From Eledone cirrhosa (lineage: Eukaryota), in the NCBI GenBank assembly GCA_964016885.1, contig OZ024740.1:96534001-96598000 (forward strand): 64,000 bases of DNA, given 5' to 3'. A program made the position numbers and the translations under genes. The notes under the pieces are model-generated. The model ran no database searches, had not been told where the DNA came from, and saw only the letters and a list, made by a program, of their open reading frames with translations. Every line of letters begins with the position of its first letter. The stretch's first letter is position 1. Below are positions 54,796 to 64,000 of the stretch, piece by piece.

Positions 54796-55052
54796 AGTGA
54801 ATGAAAGAGTGAAGAATAACATGGTCGGATGTACAAAAAGGGTTTTATTTACAGTATTAACAATTGTTTCATTGATCAGATTATTCTAAAGTTATTCTAA
54901 AGGCCGCTAATCACTTGAAGATGCGTCACTCGACCTTAAAACAGTGTGTGTCTCTGATCAAAACATCGGAATACTGTACGTTAAAACTATCCATAGTACA
55001 GTGTACTCATAACCACGGAATGGAGTACCTAAAACGATAACTTGTTATCCCA
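54796..55052. mobile_element. Rearranged relative of the 10797-11182 repeat
   Basis: 54796-54930 resembles 10960-11075 directly; 54978-55052 resembles the reverse complement of 10797-10872. Confidence 0.65.
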
Positions 55053-55067
55053 TATATATATATATAT

Positions 55068-56043
55068 ATATATAATTATCTATAAAAGGCAGATTGTTGT
55101 TGTTGTTGTGTGTGTATGTGTGTGTGTGTGCATGTTCTAGGTTTATAAATTTGCACAATTTCAAACCCATTCGACTCAAAGTCTGTAAGATTGTTTTAAA
55201 TAGTTTATCTTAGGTCCACGACTATTTATTTATTTCAAGCTCATCAACAATTTCGGAAATGATCGATAAAACGAAATACATGACGTTTACCCGTCTAATA
55301 CAATCTGATTTCATCTCTCTACTCCCCTTATAATTCGATAAACTACATACATGCTGCAACGTTCTCTTATATACGCTTAAACTTACAAACTTCCTTCAGG
55401 AACGCCGAAGAAAGAAGAGAGAAGGAAGAGAGTGAGAGAGAGAGACTGAACGTTTGTTTTTTAGTGTGGAACGGTCAAACATTTATTTACTTGAATGACA
55501 AAGAGAACTTATTACATTTCATACGAAACAACAATTATTCAAAAGCAACAGATAAATTTATTGAACAACAAAAAAATAACGATAAATCTTTTTTAAAACA
55601 TCTCTCAACGAACGTGGAAGCAAGAAGTATCAGTTTATTTACTATACAAAATAATATCCTGTATGAAGTCACTAAACCTGCTAGAAACAGCAGCTAACTC
55701 TCCCCCATATCACACCCCTCCGTACTGTCTAAAATTTAGAAAACACACATTAGACAACAATGCAGAACAAATCCATCGCAGCTCTGTTGTTCGGCTCGCA
55801 TCTTCTACACGCGTGTTCCGCAAGTAGTGTGAAACAATAAATTTCAACACTTCTTTGAACAGTGATAATATCCATAGGCGAAATTACAATTGCCACTGCT
55901 GCCGCAGCTCCTGCTTCGGCAGTCCGGGTCTGCAATTAATTCACCCAGTGCCTGGCAGACTAAAAGGTGCTGCCATAAAATGGGTGGTGCAACCTAACTT
56001 TGGTAACTTACTGATCCCGGAGCAAGGCCGGGCTTTAATGCAC

Positions 56044-56045
<2 letters not shown>
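55068..56045 (+). mobile_element. Non-autonomous Helitron-like element
   Basis: Starts in TA with tctataaaaggc..(tg)n; ends with hairpin CCCGG-agcaagg-CCGGG about 10 nt before a degenerate end (CACG|T). Confidence 0.55.
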
Positions 56046-56119
<74 letters not shown>

Positions 56120-56122
<3 letters not shown>

Positions 56123-57180
56123 GGAGGTGAGTTTTATTGTAGTACAATAAAACAATGCAGATATCGGATAAGAAGCACTCTACAGTTTGTAGGACTGGAG
56201 TATACATAATATATAAGATCAAAAGATGGTTAAATGAGTTCCATGTATTTTATTATGCGCATTTCAAAAACAAATATCATCATGCAATAACATTTGTGTT
56301 TTCATCAGATAAAATATGAGGACATGACATGAAGGTTAAAAACACTTGTGGATAGTGCAGTTTTAAATCAACATATGACAAGTAGTTTTAGATTGATGTG
56401 TGATATTGGGGAAAGAAAAGTTTGCTTGAGGAGGGGGGGGATATAAAAGAGGAGGAGATGAGAGTAAAAGTGGAGGGGGAGGATGAGGTAGGAGGAGAAA
56501 TGGCTGATAGAGAGAGAGAGATAGCTTTTATAACTGAGAAAAATATATTGTTTTACATAGAGAGGTTGAAAAACCGTTGGAAGATAATGTATAAATTAAA
56601 AGAATTTGAAAATTAACGAAGAGAAAAATAATGTTAAGTTAAGATTTGTATATTGAAGGGTTTAATAATATGTGCGATGAAAAGAAATTGTTAATATGTA
56701 TTAAGAATAATATTTAAGGGTTTAATAATATGTGCGATGGAAAGAAAATGTTAATATGTATTAAGAATAATTTTAAGGGTTTAATAATATGTGCGATGGA
56801 AAGAAAATGCTGATATGTATTATAGAAAAAAACACAGAACTAATTTAAGTAAGGATATATTGTGAGATGAGCATGAATAAGTTAGATGAAAGTGAGAAAA
56901 AAATAATGAATAGAGGATGAATAATCAAACGTCAAAAAAAATGTTTATGTTTACCAAGGATTTTTTCAAGGTGATATAAAGTAAGAATATAGTGTATGTG
57001 TAATAATTGATTCTATGTTAGGCACAGTGAGAAAAGGTACAGATTAGGGGTTAGAAATTAAAAGAGAAAGCAAAAGAAAAGAAAAGGAAAAGGAAGAAAG
57101 AGAAGTGATGAATAGGAATGATATAGAATATGATAAATAACTTTGAAATAAGGTAGAAAGATGGGTATATTTTTAAAGAA

Positions 57181-57253
<73 letters not shown>

Positions 57254-57780
57254 CCTTTCAGAAAAGGATTATGAGTTGATAAAGTGTAGGATATTAGCTG
57301 TATACTTTATGGAAAGTTCTGTGGAATTTATGCAAGCAGATAGAAAACATGTCAGTGCGTCTATTTATTATAGAATCTAAATTAGATATAATGGTAAATT
57401 TTTCATTCAGACAGAGATTGCAAGTCTTGGATATAGAACTGTTCAAGTATGGGGAAGCAGAGGAAACCTTCTTCCAAGAGATGTTATATTTAATATTTTT
57501 GTCTTTCAAGGACCATATGAGTTCTGAGAGAGCCGTGTTGGTTCTTTTATGTTTATATTTAAAAGACGAATGATGATTATAAAGACGAGCTTTAAAGGAG
57601 GTGGAAGTGGAGCCAAAATAGGTGAAGGAATTGGTGTCAGTTATAACTTTACATTCGTAAATTAAGTTTTTATCAAGACAATGGTTGTTGAGAGGACATT
57701 TATTTTTAGCAGGGCAATTGCAATTGCAATTAGAGAGATTATTAACGATTGACCAAGTGTTATCTATAGAAGGAATTCGG
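56120..57780 (-). mobile_element. Second copy of the 24780-27215 PLE family (EN + 3' UTR)
   Basis: Same terminus gtaggaggtgagttttattgtagtacaataaa; collinear homology; a ~58-bp UTR repeat is present in 3 copies here versus 2 in the other copy. Confidence 0.9.
56246..56316 (-). ncRNA. Type I hammerhead ribozyme, apparently intact
   Basis: 8-bp stem I UAUUUUAU/AUAAAAUA, CUGAUGA, long stem II, GAAAU-GCGC-AUA^ with palindromic stem III. Confidence 0.85.
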
Positions 57781-58351
57781 GCTTAGTTTACAGATTATAC
57801 ATTTCTTATCTATACAGGGAGGGGGGCTTTGAAAAGGGTATGTATGGCTAATAAGTGTTTTTATGTACCTGATCTTTCTACAATCTTAATATTGAGTTTA
57901 TGTTTATCTAGGGCCCTTCTAAATTTGTAAGCTAATTCACCTCTAGGGGTTGTATTAATGAACATTACACTCTGGTATTTATTGCTAGCATACCATGAGT
58001 TTCTTCTATTAACCTTATTCCTAGTTCTTTGTACTCTATTCCAAAATGTGCTCCTATACAAGGGACAGGCCTCATTTGTATCATTATTTACCATTTTTTA
58101 CCATTTTGTTCTGGCTCCTCTATATACTCTGATTTTATCTCTCTGATTGTAACCAGAGAACTGCATACGGTGGATGAAGTGTTGTATGTGTCTCTCAAGT
58201 TCTTTGGGGTTGCACATGCTGGACACGTTTCTCATCACCCGTACCAAATCCGCAATCAGTATGTTGATTTTGGTATGGTCCGAAACAGCTGAGTTTCGGT
58301 GGATGAGATATTTGGAAGTCATGGGTTTGGCATAATGGGAATGGAGGATTT

Positions 58352-58353
<2 letters not shown>
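57781..58353 (-). mobile_element. Internal fragment of the 51722-53455 PLE family
   Basis: Homologous to ~52530-53105 (HSHYAKPMTSK...SVMFINTTPRGEL). Confidence 0.88.
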
Positions 58354-58434
<81 letters not shown>

Positions 58435-58439
<5 letters not shown>

Positions 58440-59134
58440 CAGTGTCCAAGTATCAGACCCGTATAGCAGCACAGACTCCACTACAGCAATGAAGAGCGGA
58501 TTTTCAGGTATTTACGAAGGTCCGACTCCAACATCGATCTCAAGATGTGGCACGCCGGCCAGGCTCTGCTTTTCCTGTCAGCCACATCATCCTCCGTATT
58601 CCCAATCTTTGCTCCAAAATACAGGAAGCCCTCAACAAATTCTAGTGGTTTCCCGCCTACATTAGTGATCCCCTCTAGCTTCTCAACATTCTCTACCAGA
58701 TATTTTGTCTTAATCTCATTCATTCTCAGCACCACACTCATCGACACAGTCTCAACTTCCCGAATCAAATTATCTGCCTCCTTCACTGTATTTGTCACCA
58801 AAACTATGCCGTCGGCATATTCAGCATCTGATACCTTTTTCGCCTTAACTCTCCTACTCTGAGCCCGTGCTACAGTAAAGCCAAAGTTCTGGTGTTTCTC
58901 CAGAGGTGACAGGTTAGCTGGAAATGCTCCCCGACATCCAGAGTTGACATTGCATTCATTGCTCCTGTGGGAGCCCCTACATGGACACACTGGAGGAGGA
59001 AGTCCAAGGTTAACGTATGTTGATGCCCTAAGGACAGACACTGGTCTGTTGGAGACGCAGGACATGGCAGCGATAATGAAGGACAGAGACCGCTGGAGAA
59101 CTCGTCCATGGATCTCGGGAATTTTACCCGCCCT

Positions 59135-59136
<2 letters not shown>
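58435..59136. mobile_element. RTE-type LINE 3' fragment with inverted 5' segment
   Basis: Minus 58435-58885: DAEYADGIVL..LRMNEIKTKY..FLYFG..ESVLLYGSDTWTLT. Plus ~58886-59136: RLAG..RHPEL..LLLWEPLHG..PRLTYVDALRTDTGL..MKDRDRW. Confidence 0.82.
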
Positions 59137-59188
<52 letters not shown>

Positions 59189-59214
59189 CCGACACGTTAT
59201 GGATTGGTTTAAGC

Positions 59215-59398
59215 ATTGGTGGATTGTCAGTATCGGTAGAGAGTCGGACGCCATGCTTTCCAGCATAGTTAGGTCCTTTACGATCTGAGTTGAAATCCCT
59301 CCGAGGTTAACTTTGCCTTTCATCCTTACGGCGTCGATAAAATAAAGTACCAGTAATGTACTGCGTAATTGTTGGCCTTGTGCCAAAAGTAGAAACAA
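59215..59398 (+). mobile_element. tRNA-derived SINE (family of 46925-47110)
   Basis: Collinear homology (agtatcggtagagagtcggacgccatgcttt...ctttgcctttcatccttacgg..tcgataaaataaagtac). Confidence 0.88.
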
Positions 59399-60940
59399 TT
59401 ATATGGGATAACCCACCATATAATATGGAGGTGGCCACACCATTAGCTAAGATCTTTCTCTCCCTTATTATGAAGCATTTCCCCCCAGCACATAAGCATT
59501 ATAAATGTTTTAATAGAAATACCATTAGCATTTCTTACTCTATGATTTCTATCCTTGCACATAACTTCACTGCTTCAAATTTAGCTAAATTACCTAGTCG
59601 AAGGGACACGTGCAACCCTATAGCTAATACTAACTGCAATTGTAGGAATCGGGTTGACTGCCCCCTATCTGGGAAATGCCCATCTAGTAACATTGTCTAC
59701 AAATGTAGGGCCTACATAGGGTTAACCGCCAATAGATTCAAGCAGCGTCTTTACATGCATACCATTCATTTCTTAACCCTTTAAGAAGCAATATGACGCG
59801 TAGGCTAGATCGTATAACGGAATTAAAAGGCCATGTGACATCTGCGCTGCTCAAACCCTGGAAATACTCTACGCCAATTACCACATTTTAAACAAAAAAT
59901 CTGAGGCAAGTCCGGCTCGTAAACATATATTGCACAAAACTTTCCTGTATTAGAGCCCCACTTTATACCCTAACGGATAGTACGAACTAACCGCGGATAA
60001 TTTACGTATTGATGTGATAGCTAAGTAAATGTTATGTTTATACCATTAATTATTTGTATAGGTAAGTATTATTACCTGTATGGTTTGTGAAGGTACGTAT
60101 ACTTTCTCGTACGTATATTTGCTTGTATTTGTTATAGGCGTATATATTATAGTATATTATATATACTGGTACATGTGTATATGGTTATGTGTAAACGTGA
60201 GTTTTGCGTTTGTGCGTGTATGCGGGTTTGCACATATGTAGGATGTGTATATATGCATACTTTGTGTTTTGGTTGAGGTACGTTTAGGGAACATATGTGT
60301 ATTTACAAGGTGTGTGTGTTCGCGCGTTATATACGTATAAATGTTGTATATTTATATACGTTTATATAATTATTTGTATACGTGCACACACACATGTATA
60401 TATATATGTTTATATGTTTTATGTGCATTTGGTGTATACGTTCGTATGTGTGTGGGCACAGACGATGCGTGGGTTTTTGCTTGTGTGCGCGTGTTTTTGT
60501 GTACGTGCCTCTATTTGCATACACGTGGCGGGTTTTTTCGTGTATGCATGTGTATGTATTTATATGGATGCGTGCATGTATATATATAATTATTGTTGAT
60601 TTCAACAACAGCTGGAGCCGAGAATTATTCGGTTTCCTAAATGTTAGTCTACGACTTCAGTTAAACCATAAACGTGGTTTTGTCTTTGTGTTTAATTGTT
60701 CTCATCACACCACATAATGACGTATTACGTTCGTTTTTTCCGTTCATTGCCAGGGAGCGACTCCACGAACCACCTAATAGAATATTAGTCTACGACTTCA
60801 TTAATACCATAAACGTGGTTTTGTCTTTGCGTGTAATTGTTTTCACCGCTGCAAATAATGACGTATTATCTTCGTTTTTTCCGTTCTTTGCCGGGGTACG
60901 TTTCCACGAAACAAAGTATCGTTTTCCTGTCTTCCTTCTA
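59399..60940 (+). mobile_element. PLE (Hydra-type) EN fragment with 3' UTR
   Basis: IWDNPPYN..KIFLSLIMKHFPPAHKHYKCFNRNTISISYS, CNCRNRVDCPLSGKC..NIVYKC..YIGLTANRFKQR; two ~141-bp tandem units at ~60642-60915. Confidence 0.8.
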
Positions 60941-60953
60941 TATATATATATAT

Positions 60954-61620
60954 AAAGATGGAATCGAAATTGCAACTGGAGTCTTATTTTTAGAAAAAAT
61001 ATATATTTATTTAGTTCCTTTACCAGTTTCGCAGTTCTGCTTTTCAAAAGGAGAGTAGGTTTTCTTACATTAAGTTGGTCTCCGAATGTTACTTGTTTTA
61101 TATGGAAAAAAGTGGCTCGAAACGCCAGGTTTTTAGAGAAGTAATTTTATTGACTGGTTGGTCAATAATTATAATAAATTTCGCGCCAGTTCGCGTTACA
61201 AAGTTCTTCAAACAAGGGGGGGGGGGCAGGTTGTGTTTACTATATGGTTAATGCAGTCACGTGAATAAGCACATCAACTTTCGCGCCAGTTTGTTTGAAT
61301 TTCTTTTTACTTAAAAAGGGGCTCACCAAGCCTTTTTTTATGAATGTAATTTGATTGGTTATAAATGAAATTATGGCTGTCACGTGAACCAGTTCATTAA
61401 ATTCGTACCCGTATTTGGGAATTTATTTTGTAAATTTTTAGAGATTGTTATGACAAACAAAAGATAATGGTCAAGAGAAATTGGATGGGGGGAATTGTTC
61501 TGGTTCAGTGAATATGGGAAGGTTGTTTTTTCATATATTAGGGAAGTTTGGTTGGTTGATGCAGTCACGTGAATAAGTACATCAGCTTTCGCGTTAGTTT
61601 GTTTCAATATATTTTTACTT
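60954..61620 (-). mobile_element. 3' terminal fragment of a PLE related to 27216-29466
   Basis: Reverse complement of ~61088-61120 (gagccacttttttc.atataaaacaagta) matches 29247-29276; shares TTTCGCGCC motifs; carries a hammerhead. Confidence 0.65.
61016..61052 (-). ncRNA. Minimal type I hammerhead ribozyme, U3-A8 variant
   Basis: UCCUU-UUGAAAA-GCAG-aa-CUGC-GAAA-CUG-GUA^AAGGA, then AATAAA. Confidence 0.75.
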
Positions 61621-61652
61621 TATATATTTATATATTTATATATATATATAAT

Positions 61653-61724
<72 letters not shown>

Positions 61725-61882
61725 TATATATATATGTGTGTGTGTGTGTATGTGTGTGTGTGTGTGTATGATGTGTTTTATATATGCATGTATATATACA
61801 GAGATATAGATAGATAGATGCACATACATACATGCACGCGCAAACATGCACGTAAACATATATATAAATATATTATATTATA

Positions 61883-61925
<43 letters not shown>

Positions 61926-61928
<3 letters not shown>

Positions 61929-62245
61929 TGAAGTAATTCCGTCGGAAAAGTCCAGGAAAAAAGAGGGCTCTATGTAGGTAACAGAGCTTAATATTTATGT
62001 AATAAACAACATAAGGCAATTATTCCATTTACCAGTGGTCTCTAAAAAGCAAAAAATGTTGCTTTCAATCATCAGAATGAAAAAATCCTGGTCTGTTTAT
62101 TGATATTGATATTGGATTTTTAAAATAAAAGATTTCTGTTTCTAAAATCCAATATCAATAAACAGACCAGGACTTTTTCATTCTGATGATTGAAAGCAAC
62201 ATTCTTTGCTTTTAAGAAACCACTGGTAAATGGAATAATTGCCTT
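61926..62245 (-). mobile_element. ORF-less fold-back hairpin with hammerhead (another PLE-terminus family)
   Basis: Arms ~61995-62125 / ~62143-62245; a ~70-nt left tail; TA flanks. Confidence 0.85.
62176..62235 (+). ncRNA. Type I hammerhead ribozyme
   Basis: UUUCAUU-CUGAUGA-UUGAAAGCAA-cauucu-UUGCUUUUAA-GAAAC-cacug-GUA^AAUGGAA; the mirror copy at 62023-62082 has GAGAC instead of GAAAC. Confidence 0.82.
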
Positions 62246-62264
62246 ATGTTTTTTATTACATAAC

Positions 62265-62349
<85 letters not shown>

Positions 62350-62453
62350 GCATGTATGCGCATGTTTGCATTTTTCCGTGGGTATTTGTGCGTTTGTTCG
62401 TGTGTGTGTGTGTCTCTGTGTGAGTGGTTTATGTGTGTATGTATGTGTGTGGG

Positions 62454-62540
<87 letters not shown>
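62246..62540. repeat. (TA)n/(TG)n microsatellite field (one of more than 25 such tracts in the window)
   Basis: Directly visible. Confidence 0.97.
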
Positions 62541-63009
62541 ATAATATCGAACTGAGAGGGAACTATGGGATTCAAAGTATGTGTAGGTGAGAGACACTGA
62601 CATTAACTGCATAAAGTGTGGTTATATCCAAATGTTGTTCCATATAGCTATCTAATTCAGTTAGAAATTATTTTCTGATACTCATTAGATATATTAGGTA
62701 AACACAGATAAGAAGATCCGCTTCTCGGTGCAACGATTGGCGACTTTTCTTCCATTATTAGACTTTCTATGCTATAATTTATAGCGATCGAATGTTTATC
62801 CATTTAGTTCTGGCGTCTCTGTTTCGAACATGGTATATAATAGTATCCCATGATTAATATCGTTCTGTATGATTGTTTCAATGTATCAACATATCAAATA
62901 TTTACGACTAATATATTATGATAAAGAGATACGATATAAACATTAAGCTGATTCTTAGCATTTCACACACAACACATTTTATAATCTTGTCAGGGCAGCT
63001 TATGTATGC

Positions 63010-63069
<60 letters not shown>

Positions 63070-64000
63070 TAATATTATTATTATTAATATTTTGTTGGAG
63101 TCACAGTCATTGATGTTATTTAACTGGAAAATGTGTTCAAATTAACAAACTTCAGACATATAGGACGTTTCGAAGGTCCTTGCTGTTGCCAGCAAGTATG
63201 CCTTTTGGAGTGTTCCAAAAGTGGGGCTGGATTAATGTTCTTTAACAATCCTTTAAAAAATTGAGATTGTACCTAGCACTCCCATGACATTCGGGACGAC
63301 CTTGATCGCATGAGAGTCCCAAACCGTTTAAATTCCCACTTTAAATCCTGGTGTTGATTAGTGTTCTCCTTGTCCTTTTCTTTGTTTTTATTATAATAAT
63401 TATTATTTTCTTTCCTATTTTTTAAGGACATATTGATATTGGCTCTAGAGTCTTTGATGTTTGTAAGTTGTTCTCAATTGCTAGTTGTGTAAAATATTAT
63501 ATGTTACCTATTGATTCGTTCACATATACGTTCATCGCTCTTTCAGAAGGACATTGCATAATACTTGGGTCGAAGGCCTAAATATTTGAACCTTCTACTA
63601 AAACTAATTATTTTGTCAAAAATTATGGACGGAATATGCACCCCAACGTTTCATCTGTTGTCACGAGGCAGCGGTTCAAAAGCTGGCACTACTCTGACCA
63701 CCATTATGAACGGTGCGACTATTACCAACACTAACAACAACATTAACCAAAATATCTCCCATGTAGCAACTGCTAACAAAATAGATTTTCAACCTTTGCT
63801 AACATTTACATATGTCAACGCCGACAAGAACAACAAGGCAAATGGCAACCACAATAAATTGAACAACAATAGGATCAACAGCGTCGTATGACCTAACGTC
63901 TATTTTACAAGAGCTGGAAATAAAAAGGAAGTGATCACGGTCACCCATGAGGAAATGGTTGAAGCCAGAAAAACGGTAAAACTATATGGACACAGGATGG

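Noticed and set aside
58481-59398. 305-aa ORF
   Set aside because: A chance read-through across SINE antisense, a TA repeat and the two oppositely oriented RTE pieces.
60605-60650. Hammerhead at the end of the 59399-60940 PLE
   Set aside because: A small hairpin (gccga/tcggt) is present, but neither core strand is recognisable.

Overview
This is AT-rich, microsatellite-dense animal DNA. The tRNA-derived SINEs resemble those I recall from Octopus/cephalopod genomes (inference, not verified). I see no intact host gene. The window is a transposon graveyard dominated by several distinct families of Penelope-like retroelements (PLEs; reverse transcriptase plus GIY-YIG endonuclease), nearly all inserted in (TA)n tracts. 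It also holds an internally deleted Helitron with both termini, smaller Helitron relics, an R4/Dong-type LINE, an inverted RTE-type LINE fragment, a Chapaev3-like DNA transposon relic and SINEs with target-site duplications. The main signal missed by the ORF track is RNA structure: the PLE 3' ends carry at least seven different type I hammerhead ribozyme sequence families. Three of these share a compensatory U3-A8 core (UUGANAA instead of CUGANGA). Many insertions share a fold-back layout, with a tail-less inverted copy facing a tailed copy, down to ORF-less 0.2-1.9 kb palindromes. All folds and alignments were done by eye, element boundaries are approximate, and clade names are inferred from remembered motifs.
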